NCBI GenBank assembly: GCA_963711835.1
Contig: CAVQFQ010000010.1
Coordinates: 167,301-231,300 of the forward strand
Direction: 5' to 3'
Origin: an uncultured delta proteobacterium
Lineage (GTDB): Bacteria; Desulfobacterota; RBG-13-43-22
DNA length: 64,000 nucleotides
The notes beneath the pieces were generated by a model. It made no database searches and was not told where the DNA came from. It was given only the letters and a program-made list of their open reading frames with translations. Each line of letters opens with the position of its first letter. Position 1 is the stretch's first letter. Below are positions 1 to 9,367 of this stretch, piece by piece. The translations under genes were made by a program, and so were the position numbers.

Positions 1-394
1 CTGGGTCATCGCCCATGCCCACATGGGCGTCCTGGGCTTTTCCGGCACCATCGCCCTGGGCGGCATTTATTTTATCCTGCCCCGAATAACCGGCCGGCCC
101 CTGTATAACCCCCGCTGGGCCGACATCCAGTACTGGCTGGTGCTGATCGGCATGGCCGGATTTCTCATGGTCTTGACTGCGGCCGGCCTGATCCAAGGCA
201 ATGCCTGGCTGAGCGGCCAGGCGGTCTATAAGGTGTTGCCTGAGATCCATGTTTACATGGTCCTTCGGGCCGCCATAGGCCTTCTGATCGTCAGTGGGGC
301 CGTCTTAGGTCTTGTTAATATTTTCAAGACTATTCACGGGCCTTCCCGGGTGGAGGGTCCCCCGGCCTCTGGTGGAGAGGGGATGAACCCATGA
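1..394 (+). CDS. ccoN: cbb3-type cytochrome c oxidase subunit I, C-terminal part (starts before window)
   Basis: Frame from base 2 reads WVIAHAHMGVLGF (heme-ligating HxH motif), followed by TM helices; directly upstream of ccoO. Confidence 0.85.
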   Translation, partial: WVIAHAHMGVLGFSGTIALGGIYFILPRITGRPLYNPRWADIQYWLVLIGMAGFLMVLTAAGLIQGNAWLSGQAVYKVLPEIHVYMVLRAAIGLLIVSGAVLGLVNIFKTIHGPSRVEGPPASGGEGMNP

Positions 395-1371
395 AAATGA
401 CCCCGAGCCTGATCATTTTCGGGGGCCTGATCATCTTTGCTTCCGTATTGTTCGTGGCCGTCATTTTGCCTTGGACCACCATAAGCGAACAGCCTTCGGC
501 CATCTTTCGCGCCCGGACCTCCCTGGAGGCCCGGGGACGGGAGGTCTATGTCCGGAACGGCTGTACCTATTGCCACACCCAGTTTGTGCGTGATATCGAT
601 TGGGATCTGGGTGCTGAAAGGATCGCCCTCTCCGGCGACTATGTCCAGGATCAGCCCCACCTGGTGGGGACGGAACGGACGGGTCCCGACCTCTCCCAGG
701 AGGGCGGTGAGCACCCGGATGACTGGCACCTGGCCCATTTTATCAACCCCAGGTTTGTCAGACCGGAATCGATCATGCCTTCCTGGCAGTTTCTGGGGGA
801 GAAAAAGATTAAGGCCCTGATTGCCTATAAACAAAGCCTGGGATATCGGATGGCGGACTTCCGGGTCCAGCGGCAGAAGTATTGGAAAGAGAGGGCCGTT
901 AAGGCCTACGAGTCCGGGCCTGACGAGAATATCAACTGGCTGCACCAAATGATCCCCGAGCCCTGGAGAAAGCTGCCCAACCCCTATCCGACCACCGAAG
1001 CTGGACTGCAACGGGGGCACAAAATTTATCAGAGTTTTTGTATCGGCTGTCACGGCCCGATCGGCGACGGCATGGGGCCGGCCGAGCCCTACCTCTATCC
1101 CCCGCCGCTTAATTTTACCCTTCTGGCGAACAGGGAGATCTCAGGGGGGATCCTCTATTACCAGATCATGAACGGGATTACCGGAACGGCCATGCCTTAT
1201 TTTAAAAAGGAGCTGGAATCAGCCAAGATTTGGGAGGTTGGCGATTATGTGGCGGTTTATTTCATAGGCCGGAGCGACGCCAATAAGGAGCCCAGAGGGA
1301 TCGACGCCTCCTATGAACCGCCCGGGAATGAAACCTTTTCCAAGGCCCCGGTCCGGGAGAAGGGGAAATAG
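391..1371 (+). CDS. ccoO: cbb3-type oxidase subunit II fused to a second c-type cytochrome domain
   Basis: GREVY..GCTYCHTQ, RTGPDL, WHLAHFINPR..PESIMP (CcoO), then a second CIGCH heme motif with GTAMP. Confidence 0.85.
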   Translation: MKMTPSLIIFGGLIIFASVLFVAVILPWTTISEQPSAIFRARTSLEARGREVYVRNGCTYCHTQFVRDIDWDLGAERIALSGDYVQDQPHLVGTERTGPDLSQEGGEHPDDWHLAHFINPRFVRPESIMPSWQFLGEKKIKALIAYKQSLGYRMADFRVQRQKYWKERAVKAYESGPDENINWLHQMIPEPWRKLPNPYPTTEAGLQRGHKIYQSFCIGCHGPIGDGMGPAEPYLYPPPLNFTLLANREISGGILYYQIMNGITGTAMPYFKKELESAKIWEVGDYVAVYFIGRSDANKEPRGIDASYEPPGNETFSKAPVREKGK

Positions 1372-1374
1372 ACC

Positions 1375-1629
1375 ATGTATCTTTTAGGTTGGATTATTCT
1401 GGTCAGCCTAAGCCTCTGGGTCAGCCTGGCGGCTTTTCTCTGGGGGCTGCAGAGCGGCCAGTTTTCAGACCAGGAAAGAGCCCGCTATCTGCCCCTGCGC
1501 GATCAATTTCCCAGGCCGGCGGTTAAGGATCCGGCCAGGTGGACTATCGAGGTTTATGTCCTGCTGTCCATCGGAGTGGTGGTGCTGGGGGGCATGGCGG
1601 TTTCAGTATTTCTGAGTTTCTTCAGGTAA
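1375..1629 (+). CDS. ccoS: cbb3 oxidase maturation protein CcoS/FixS with an extra C-terminal TM helix
   Basis: AFLWGLQSGQFSD signature. Confidence 0.8.
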   Translation: MYLLGWIILVSLSLWVSLAAFLWGLQSGQFSDQERARYLPLRDQFPRPAVKDPARWTIEVYVLLSIGVVVLGGMAVSVFLSFFR

Positions 1630-1646
1630 AAAAGAAAGGCCGGGTT

Positions 1647-1928
1647 ATGCAATTTTTCCCTCTGTTGACCTTTCAGGAAATGGCCCTGGCCTTTTTTCTG
1701 GGTCTGGGTACGGTCCTCCTTATTTATCTGGCCTGGGGGAGTTATCCTAAACGCCGGTTGGAGGATACCTGCCGGGAGGAAAGGGAGGAAGGCCATGAGC
1801 CTGAAAGCGGACCCGAGGCGCCCGATCATCCCGTTCCTCCTTTTCTCATTTTCGTGTATATCGGTGTTGCGGTCTGGATCCTGGCCTACCTGATTTTTAT
1901 CGGTCTGAGGGTCAAGGCTATTGGATGA
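1647..1928 (+). CDS. small membrane protein resembling the N-terminal anchor of CcoP
   Basis: Start chosen at ATG 1647; two TM helices; DHPVPPFLIFVYIGVAVW resembles the CcoP DNPLP..W..Y segment. Confidence 0.55.
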   Translation: MQFFPLLTFQEMALAFFLGLGTVLLIYLAWGSYPKRRLEDTCREEREEGHEPESGPEAPDHPVPPFLIFVYIGVAVWILAYLIFIGLRVKAIG

Positions 1929-1931
1929 TTT

Positions 1932-2246
1932 GTGATCAAGGAGGCGATTCTAAAAGCCGTGAGGATTAAGGAAAGCAAAGAAGAATCGACAGTCCGAAGC
2001 TGGGTCATTGTCCTGTCCATAGCTGTTTCCTTTCTGATTTGGGGACTGGTCATTTTCTATGCAGTCGGGACAAGCTGGCCCCCACCCTGGCGTTACGGGA
2101 CTGTGGCCGATGTGCCGGGCCAATCCATCTATTCGGTTGGTGAGGCGGAAAAGCCGGCCGGGACGGCTCTGAAGGAAAAGGAGAAAATCCGGGAACAGCA
2201 CGTCAGGGGTTCCCGGGAAGGATCCGGAGGATCCCTGGCCAAATGA
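1932..2246 (+). CDS. small single-TM protein of the cbb3 cluster
   Basis: One TM helix; tightly packed in the operon and overlaps the next gene. Confidence 0.6.
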   Translation: MIKEAILKAVRIKESKEESTVRSWVIVLSIAVSFLIWGLVIFYAVGTSWPPPWRYGTVADVPGQSIYSVGEAEKPAGTALKEKEKIREQHVRGSREGSGGSLAK

Positions 2247-2776
2247 AGATCCTCAATTTATTTTGGAGAAAAAAATTTTTATTCCTGGGTATTTTCCTGG
2301 GCCTGTCAGCCGGACTGCTTTTATTACTTTCAATCGTATACAGTTTCCGGTTCTTCCGGATGTGGGATGACGAGGCCCTGAATACCTTCCAGGTTTCCCT
2401 GCCGGTCATGCCCCGGGGCACCATCCCGGTCGGTGGAGGGATAGCCCTTTTGAGAAATGCAGGTCCGAAACAGCTGATCAACCCGTTGCCCATTTCCCCG
2501 GCGGTCATAGAGCGGGGAAGGATAAGTTATAAGTACTATTGCATCCATTGCCATGGGACCGGATTCGACGGCCAGGCCACGGTGGGACAAAGCTTTTATC
2601 CCTTACCGACCTATCTCCTGGGCCCAAAGGTGATGGACCAGAGCGATGGAGAGCTTTTTTATAAAATCAGCCTGGGCTATAAGAGGGAACCGCCTTTGTA
2701 TGACACCGTGGCGGTCCATGACCGCTGGGCCGTCATCAACTATCTGCGGACTCTGGCTAAGAGGAGCAGCCGATGA
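2243..2776 (+). CDS. membrane-anchored monoheme cytochrome c (ActE-like)
   Basis: N-terminal TM helix, P.GTIP, NPLP, YCIHCHG, DGELFYKI, DRWAVINYLRTL. Confidence 0.8.
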   Translation: MKILNLFWRKKFLFLGIFLGLSAGLLLLLSIVYSFRFFRMWDDEALNTFQVSLPVMPRGTIPVGGGIALLRNAGPKQLINPLPISPAVIERGRISYKYYCIHCHGTGFDGQATVGQSFYPLPTYLLGPKVMDQSDGELFYKISLGYKREPPLYDTVAVHDRWAVINYLRTLAKRSSR

Positions 2777-3471
2777 CCTTGGAACTTCTGGCCCCTTTCC
2801 TGATCGGACTTTTCGGAAGCCTCCACTGCCTGGGGATGTGCGGTCCTCTGGTCATAGCCTACTCCCTGCACATCAAAACCCCTGAACCTCGGGCCATAGT
2901 CCTTAATCCGTCTCCCTGGGCCAGGGGATTTTCTCATCACCTGGCCTATCATTTCGGAAGGCTCACGACCTACGGGATTTTGGGCGCTTTGGCCGCTGGT
3001 CTTGTTAATATCGCCGGCTTTAATTTATTTCTGAATTTCCGCGGCGGGGCCATCCTGGTCGGCGGTCTCCTGATCATCCTGATGGGACTGATGTTCCTCA
3101 AGGTGATCCCTTTATCCGGTGCATTGGCCCGGTTCTCCCTGGCCCCTTCATCCCTGTGGGACCGTTGGCTTCCTCCTCTGTTTCAATCCCCCGGTCCCAT
3201 TTCCAAGATAGGCCTGGGACTGGCCGGCGGGCTCCTGCCCTGCTGCCTCTCCGGTTCCATGCTCATCAAAGCGGCGACCACTGAAAATATGGCGCAAGGA
3301 TTTATGACCATGGCGGCCTTCGGCCTGGGCACCGTGCCCGCCCTCCTGGCCGCAGGCATCTCCGCCTCCCTGTTAACCCTGCGGACGAAGATCATCGGAG
3401 AAAGGATAGCCGCCCTTTCGGTGATAGCCATGGGGTTGATGCTGATCTTCCAGGGTGCGAAGCTCCTCTAA
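2773..3471 (+). CDS. DsbD_2 / sulfite-exporter-like membrane protein (oxidase assembly)
   Basis: GSLHCLGMCGP, GRLTTY, GLLPC, FGLGTVP motifs. Confidence 0.85.
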   Translation: MTLELLAPFLIGLFGSLHCLGMCGPLVIAYSLHIKTPEPRAIVLNPSPWARGFSHHLAYHFGRLTTYGILGALAAGLVNIAGFNLFLNFRGGAILVGGLLIILMGLMFLKVIPLSGALARFSLAPSSLWDRWLPPLFQSPGPISKIGLGLAGGLLPCCLSGSMLIKAATTENMAQGFMTMAAFGLGTVPALLAAGISASLLTLRTKIIGERIAALSVIAMGLMLIFQGAKLL

Positions 3472-3530
3472 CAGGTTGAATGGGTGAGGTAGTGCTGAAG
3501 TGCTAAGCTGCTGCCGTGCAGAAGAACTAC

Positions 3531-3574
3531 AGTTTTGAGTTTTCAGCTATGAGCTGTGAGCTACCAGTTATGAG
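3531..3574. repeat. degenerate 7-bp tandem repeat
   Basis: AGTTTTG AGTTTTC AGCTATG AGCTGTG AGCTACC AGTTATG AG. Confidence 0.7.
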
Positions 3575-3583
3575 ACAATTGCT

Positions 3584-6187
3584 ATGAGCTTTTTGGAATG
3601 CAAACTTTGCGGTTTGCCTGTTGGTCGTTCGGGAGTACAGGAAAAGCGAGGGGAAAAAGTTTTCCATTTCTGCTGTTTCGGCTGCCAACAGGTGTTCCGT
3701 ATCCTTTCCAGCCTTCCCGGAGGTCCGCCGTCCGACTTTAAAAACTCGGACCTTTATCGCCTCTGTGCGGCCTCTGAGCTGATCGGCAGGAAGGATGAAG
3801 ACCAGGAAAGAAGCATGGCTCAAGGTAAGGAAGCAGGTCCGACAGCCCTGAAAGCCTCCGGCCTGGAAGAAGCTCTGGCCAAAGAATTGATCCTAAAACT
3901 TGAGGGGATGTGGTGTAGTGCCTGTTCCTGGTTGATTGAAAGTGTATTGAGCCGGACTCGGGGGGTATTGGAGGTAAAGGCTCTGTTCGCCTCCGATCTG
4001 GTCCGGATTAAATACCTTCCTCATCAGGTGACGATAGAGGAAATCCAGGACCGGATTTCCAACCTGGGATATCGGCCTTCCTCCTTTCAGGATCCAGCGG
4101 ATGCTTCAGCGGAAAGAAAAAAAGTACAATTGCGTCTTGGTATTTCCTCTATTCTGACGGTCCAAGTTATGATGATCTCCTTAGCCCTTTACGGCGGCTT
4201 TTTTCAGGATCTGGGGAACGAGGCCATTCTCTATCTCTCCTATCCCCTGTGGATCCTGACTACCCCGGTCCTTATTTATGGAGGATTCCCCATTTTTAAA
4301 AAAGCCCTGGCCGGATTGCGCTATGGAAATCCATCCATGGAAGTCCTTATTTCCATCGGCGCCCTGTCGGCCTATTTTTACAGCCTCATCCAGATGAGTC
4401 GAGGCAGTCTGCACCTTTATTTCGATACGGCCGCTATGCTGATCGTCTTGGTCCTCCTGGGAAAGTATCTGGAGGCCCAGGCCAAGGAAAGGATTTCCCA
4501 AGGTATTATGGAACTCTATCAACTGGCCAATCAAAAAGTGCGAATCTTGACGGAAAGAGGGGAGGAATGGCGAGCGGCCGAGGAGGTGCAACCCGGGGAC
4601 GAATTACAGGTCTTGGCTGGGGAAAGGGTCCCCGTAGACGGCCGGATCCTTTTCGGACGGGCCAATATGGATGAATCCTATTTGACCGGGGAGTCGCGTC
4701 CGATAAAAAAAGGGCCCAAGGACGAGGTCCGAGCAGGCGCTTTGCTTCTCGACAACCAGCTGAATATCCGGGCCACCCGCGTGGGGGCTGAGAGTTCTAT
4801 TGGTCAGATCATTACTTTGATGCAGGAGGGCCTGTCCAGGAAGACCGCTGTCGAACTTTTTGCCGATCGGCTGACCCGCTGGGTCGTACCTTCACTCTTA
4901 GGCTTAGCCACCGGAACCGCGTTGGTTCTGGCCTATCACGGCCATTCGTTGGAGGAGAGTCTGCTGCGGGCCTTAACGATACTGGTCATTTCCTGCCCCT
5001 GTGCCCTGGGGATTGCCACCCCTCTGGCCAAGGTGGCGTCCATCGGCGTCGGTCGAACAAAAGGAATCCTCATCCGGGATCCGGCGGCCCTGGAAAAAAT
5101 AAGAAAGTTGGACGTCTTGATCTTCGATAAGACCGGGACCTTGACCGAAGGCCGTTTTTCCTTACGTGAAATGGTTTGCCTCGAAGGCTCCAGGGAAGAG
5201 GCCTTGCAAAGAATTGCTTCGGTTGAGTCCTTTTCCGATCACTTCCTGGCCCGGGAGATTCAAACCCAGGCCCGAGAGTTTTCCTTGAGCTTAGGGGAAG
5301 TGAAAGACTTCGAGATCCTGACTGGTTTGGGGGTCAACGGAGTAGTTGCAGGCATTGAGGTGGTCGTCGGGAATCGAAACCTGATGCAGTCTCGGGGGCT
5401 GAAACTTCCACTGACTTTTGAGTCTCAGGCAAGGGTCCTATCGAACGGGGGAGCGACTATCGTCTTTTTCGGCTGGGAGGGGCAGGTTCAGGGATTCCTG
5501 GCCTTTGGGGATGCGCTAAAGGAAACGGCCCGTGAGGCCGTTTCGGGCCTTCAAGAAAAAGGTTTTCAGATCTGGATGGTTTCCGGAGACTCCATAGAGA
5601 CTACCGGGGCCATCGCCCGGGAACTGGAAGTGGGACCTTCTATCGGGCAGGCCCTGGCCCAGGACAAGGTCCGCATCATTAAAGATCTCCAGCAGAAAGG
5701 ACATCGGGTGGGCATGATTGGGGACGGGCTTAACGACGCAGCGGCCCTGGCCCAGGCGGATGTGGGCTTTGCTCTGGGGACCAGGGCCGGAATTCTTTCG
5801 GAGGCCTCGGATATCACTCTATTAACCGATGATCCCCTAAAGATCCGGGATGTGCTACACCTTTCCACTCTGAGTTTTACGATTATTCGACAAAACCTCC
5901 TTTTTGCTTTTTTTTATAATATACTTGGAATTCCTCTGGCCATGACCGGTATGTTAAACCCTTTGATTGCGGTTCTGGCCATGTTTGCCAGCAGCCTGAC
6001 CGTGGTCGGGAACACTCTGAGAATTTATAAAGGTTCAGGTGAAAAGATTGGGAAAACCCATTCAATCGACCCGGCAGTTCAACACGTCGGGCAAGAGGGA
6101 CCCAAGATGGCAGCGGTACTGCCAACAGTCCGGCCCGCGGAATGCTTGAATCCGGAGACCGGGATCCAGTCTGGAACGCTCCTGTAG
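3584..6187 (+). CDS. ccoI: P1B-type Cu-translocating ATPase, CcoI/FixI type
   Basis: N-terminal CxxC..FCCxGC, HMA GMWCSAC, TGES, CPC, DKTGT, GDGLND; located in the cbb3 operon. Confidence 0.85.
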   Translation: MSFLECKLCGLPVGRSGVQEKRGEKVFHFCCFGCQQVFRILSSLPGGPPSDFKNSDLYRLCAASELIGRKDEDQERSMAQGKEAGPTALKASGLEEALAKELILKLEGMWCSACSWLIESVLSRTRGVLEVKALFASDLVRIKYLPHQVTIEEIQDRISNLGYRPSSFQDPADASAERKKVQLRLGISSILTVQVMMISLALYGGFFQDLGNEAILYLSYPLWILTTPVLIYGGFPIFKKALAGLRYGNPSMEVLISIGALSAYFYSLIQMSRGSLHLYFDTAAMLIVLVLLGKYLEAQAKERISQGIMELYQLANQKVRILTERGEEWRAAEEVQPGDELQVLAGERVPVDGRILFGRANMDESYLTGESRPIKKGPKDEVRAGALLLDNQLNIRATRVGAESSIGQIITLMQEGLSRKTAVELFADRLTRWVVPSLLGLATGTALVLAYHGHSLEESLLRALTILVISCPCALGIATPLAKVASIGVGRTKGILIRDPAALEKIRKLDVLIFDKTGTLTEGRFSLREMVCLEGSREEALQRIASVESFSDHFLAREIQTQAREFSLSLGEVKDFEILTGLGVNGVVAGIEVVVGNRNLMQSRGLKLPLTFESQARVLSNGGATIVFFGWEGQVQGFLAFGDALKETAREAVSGLQEKGFQIWMVSGDSIETTGAIARELEVGPSIGQALAQDKVRIIKDLQQKGHRVGMIGDGLNDAAALAQADVGFALGTRAGILSEASDITLLTDDPLKIRDVLHLSTLSFTIIRQNLLFAFFYNILGIPLAMTGMLNPLIAVLAMFASSLTVVGNTLRIYKGSGEKIGKTHSIDPAVQHVGQEGPKMAAVLPTVRPAECLNPETGIQSGTLL

Positions 6188-6301
6188 GCGCAACTTGAAA
6201 TCTATTCAATATCCGATGCTGGCCTATTCCTTATCGCTTCCGGCTGGTCCCATTTTTCAAAGATCTTCGATCCGGTCTCCGGAAAACGGTGGTTTAAATT
6301 T

Positions 6302-7153
6302 ATGAAAAGGCAATTTATTCCCTCGGCCGATCCTCCGATTGAACAAAAAGAGCCGGCCTGGTGGTTTATATTTTATAAGCACAAGCTGCTCGTTTCTCCC
6401 GAGGGCCACGAGCCGACCATCCCCTTTATCCATAGCCCGATTGATCTTGGACTCCACTCCCTTGGAGAAACCTATCTGGGAACCCTGGAAGGAAAACATT
6501 GTTATGCCGCGACCCTTTCCGATTCAGCGACGGCTCCGACTGATATGTTTTTCCAGGACCTGCGACAACTTTACGGCCGACTGAACCAGGAATTGATCCT
6601 TCTTTCCTTTCGTGCCCTTCATCTTCTCAACTGGTCTCAAAAGACCCGATTCTGCAAGCAATGCGGGATGGAAATGAAAAACAAGGCCGGTCAGCAGGCC
6701 AGAGAATGTCCAAACTGCGGATACTTGAGCTTTCCCCGGATCTCACCGGCGGTGATCGTTCTGGTTGAACGGGGAGAGAAATGTTTACTGGCCCGCTCCC
6801 TCCGTTTCCAGGATGGGTTTTACAGCGTCCTGGCCGGTTTTGCCGAACCGGGAGAAACGCTGGAAGAGACGGTTGAGCGTGAAGTGAGGGAAGAGACCGG
6901 CATCGCGGTCCAGGATATCCGCTATTTCGGGAGCCAGCCTTGGCCTTTCCCGGACTCTCTGATGATCGCTTTCACCGCCCGGTATGCTGGTGGTGAGATC
7001 CGGGTGGACGGCACGGAGATCCTGGATGCCCAATGGTTTACCTGTGACCAACTGCCCAAAATTCCGGGCAAGATCAGTATAGCCAGAAATTTGATCGACT
7101 GGTTTATAATCAAACAGCAAAGAAAGTGGAACGGCTTTTGTAAGGAGGGATGA
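6302..7153 (+). CDS. nudC: NAD(H) diphosphatase
   Basis: Zn finger CxxC..CxxC, Nudix box GETLEETVEREVREETG, SQPWPFP. Confidence 0.92.
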   Translation: MKRQFIPSADPPIEQKEPAWWFIFYKHKLLVSPEGHEPTIPFIHSPIDLGLHSLGETYLGTLEGKHCYAATLSDSATAPTDMFFQDLRQLYGRLNQELILLSFRALHLLNWSQKTRFCKQCGMEMKNKAGQQARECPNCGYLSFPRISPAVIVLVERGEKCLLARSLRFQDGFYSVLAGFAEPGETLEETVEREVREETGIAVQDIRYFGSQPWPFPDSLMIAFTARYAGGEIRVDGTEILDAQWFTCDQLPKIPGKISIARNLIDWFIIKQQRKWNGFCKEG

Positions 7154-7227
7154 GCGTGCACCGGCCGTACGGAGAAGCCGCGGTCCTGACCTTAAAAATT
7201 ATCGTCAACTAAAAGGAGGGTAACACC

Positions 7228-7479
7228 ATGTATGACAAGAAAGAATTGTGTGATCGGATTAAATCCCTTTATCCTGAAATGGGAGAATGCGGCATCGATG
7301 TCAAGGTAGACTTTGATGAGGCCAAAAAGGTCTGGACAGTGGAGTTAGATAAGGAGGCCCATCATCTTAAAACCTATCTGGAACCGATGGATGCGGAGAC
7401 CTGCATGGAAGGCAAGCAGTGTGTCAGTTTGGGGCTCCAGATTGCCCAGTTAGTAGCCAATATCAAAACCGCTGGGTGA
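7228..7479 (+). CDS. small hypothetical protein
   Basis: Strong SD (AAGGAGG); 83 aa with three Cys. Confidence 0.75.
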   Translation: MYDKKELCDRIKSLYPEMGECGIDVKVDFDEAKKVWTVELDKEAHHLKTYLEPMDAETCMEGKQCVSLGLQIAQLVANIKTAG

Positions 7480-7580
7480 CCGGACCCCTTACCGCCCCGC
7501 CCGAAAGGGATTGGCGGCTGAAGCGTCAGATAGTTGCGGCCATGAGGACCCATCCGCTTCAGAGGAGTAAAACGGATGAG

Positions 7581-7682
7581 ACCCAGGTCAAGGAGTGGTT
7601 AAAAAACCAGATTGTCGAAAACACCACCTAAGCCTACGAGCAAGGCATTGATACCCCTGAATTCACCAACTGGAAATAGCCG
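7581..7682 (+). pseudogene. 3'-terminal remnant of a phosphoketolase (xfp-like) gene
   Basis: Reads TQVKEWLKNQIVENTT*AYEQGIDTPEFTNWK*P, matching the XFP C-terminus with Y->TAA and W->TAG. Confidence 0.65.
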
Positions 7683-7845
7683 GGTGGGGTTAAGGCCGGG
7701 GCTCGGTAACTGTTCGTTCGTTGAAGTCAAGCGGGGCCGCTCCCCCTTATCGGTGATCCAATAACCGGTTGTCTAAAATTTAGAAATCACATTATTTCAC
7801 CAGGAAGGCCACAAGTGAAAGCAATTTTGACGGAGGGGAAGAATT

Positions 7846-9210
7846 ATGAAAAGCTATGACGTTATTGTCATCGGTGCGGGAGATGTCGGTTTAGGAATTG
7901 TTTTTAAAGCCGTCGCCCAAGGCCAAAAAGTGGCTCTGGTCGATAAGGGGCAGGTGGGCGGGACCTGTCTTAATTATGGCTGTGTGCCTTCGAAAACGCT
8001 GATCTATACGGCCGATAGAATTATGGAGATCCGGGGAGCGGCAAAATTTGGGATCCAGTCACCCATCATAGATATCGACTTCAAAGCCATCATGGCTCGG
8101 ATGAGGAAAGCCGTCACCGGCGGCAAAAACGGGATTGGAACGGCCATAGAGGAATCTGAAAATCTTGATTTTCTAAACAGCGAAGGTCATTTTATTGATG
8201 AACGGTTCCTCCAAGTGGGGGATAAAAAAATACGCGGAAAAAAAATATTTATTGCCAGCGGCGCACGCCCCTCGATTCCTTTGATCAAAGGACTGGAATC
8301 GATTCAGTTTCTGACCAATGAAAATGTGCTGGAATTGGAGAAAAGGCCGGAGAGCATGATCTTTATCGGCGGTGGATATGTCGGCCTGGAATACGCCCAT
8401 TTCTTTTCGGTCTTGGGCACCAAGGTCGCCATCCTGCACAGGCATTCGACCTTCCTGCCTTTTGAAGAGCCGGAAATATCCGAATTGCTAAAGAAGGAAA
8501 TGGAAAAATCTATCGAACTGCATTTGGGGGTCGAAACCCAAGAAGTAAGACAGACCGACAAGGGGTATATGGTGCTCGCCAAGGACATCCGTACCGGGGA
8601 AGAAAGGGAAATTTCTGCGGAAGCGCTCTTTGTGTCGGCCGGCAGAAAATCCAACGCCGATCTTTTAAAGGTTGAAAATGCCGGAATCGAGACCGACCCC
8701 CACCATTTTATCAAAGCGGATGACACCCTTCAGACCAACAAGAAACACATCTGGGCCCTGGGGGATGCTATCGGAAGGGCGATGTTTACCCATGCAGGAG
8801 ACAAAGAAGCGGAATTGGCCTGGCACAATGCCACCCACAGGAAAAAGATCAGGATGGATTTCGAAAACGTCCCCCATGCGGTTTTTACCAATCCTCAAAT
8901 TGCTTCTATCGGACTGACAGAGGCGCGGGCTCGAAGAGACCACGAAATCCTCGTGGGCCGGGCCAAATACTCCGATACCGTCATGGGAGAGGCTATGGAG
9001 GAACAGGAAGGATTTGCAAAGGCGATCGTCGAAAAGGGTACGGGAAGGATTCTGGGTTTTCATATCATTGGTCCTCAGGCGGCCATGCTCATCCAGGAAG
9101 TGGTCAATTCGGTGATCAACAAGAAGGACGTAAAATCGATCACCGATTGTATGCACATATTCCCCGCCCTTTCCAACCTGATACCGGAAACATTAACCAA
9201 TCTCGAATAA
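7846..9210 (+). CDS. class I pyridine nucleotide-disulfide oxidoreductase (dihydrolipoamide dehydrogenase family)
   Basis: VIVIGAG, GGTCLNYGCVPSK, FIGGGYVGLE, dimerisation domain. Confidence 0.88.
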   Translation: MKSYDVIVIGAGDVGLGIVFKAVAQGQKVALVDKGQVGGTCLNYGCVPSKTLIYTADRIMEIRGAAKFGIQSPIIDIDFKAIMARMRKAVTGGKNGIGTAIEESENLDFLNSEGHFIDERFLQVGDKKIRGKKIFIASGARPSIPLIKGLESIQFLTNENVLELEKRPESMIFIGGGYVGLEYAHFFSVLGTKVAILHRHSTFLPFEEPEISELLKKEMEKSIELHLGVETQEVRQTDKGYMVLAKDIRTGEEREISAEALFVSAGRKSNADLLKVENAGIETDPHHFIKADDTLQTNKKHIWALGDAIGRAMFTHAGDKEAELAWHNATHRKKIRMDFENVPHAVFTNPQIASIGLTEARARRDHEILVGRAKYSDTVMGEAMEEQEGFAKAIVEKGTGRILGFHIIGPQAAMLIQEVVNSVINKKDVKSITDCMHIFPALSNLIPETLTNLE

Positions 9211-9367
9211 CGCCCCGGAAAGGAAACTTTCCATTTGAACACAACACCGTCCAGGATGGACCCGCAGGCCCCCAGCCGTAGCTCGCGGAACTGTTAAAGG
9301 GAGAGCATGACCAAGCAGGTAGCCGAGCCAGAGGGACCGGATCAAGCAAAGTGGAGGGAGAGAACTC

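Noticed and set aside
334-1053. Long antisense or alternative-frame ORFs (also 10826-11701, 43214-44155, 57061-57714, 62122-62712)
   Set aside because: They shadow well-supported genes on the other strand and carry no recognisable motifs
3490-3590. CRISPR-like interpretation of the short repeats
   Set aside because: These are tandem 7-mers without spacers, and there are no cas genes
7846-9210. Mercuric reductase MerA
   Set aside because: No C-terminal Cys-Cys pair, no NmerA domain, no mer genes
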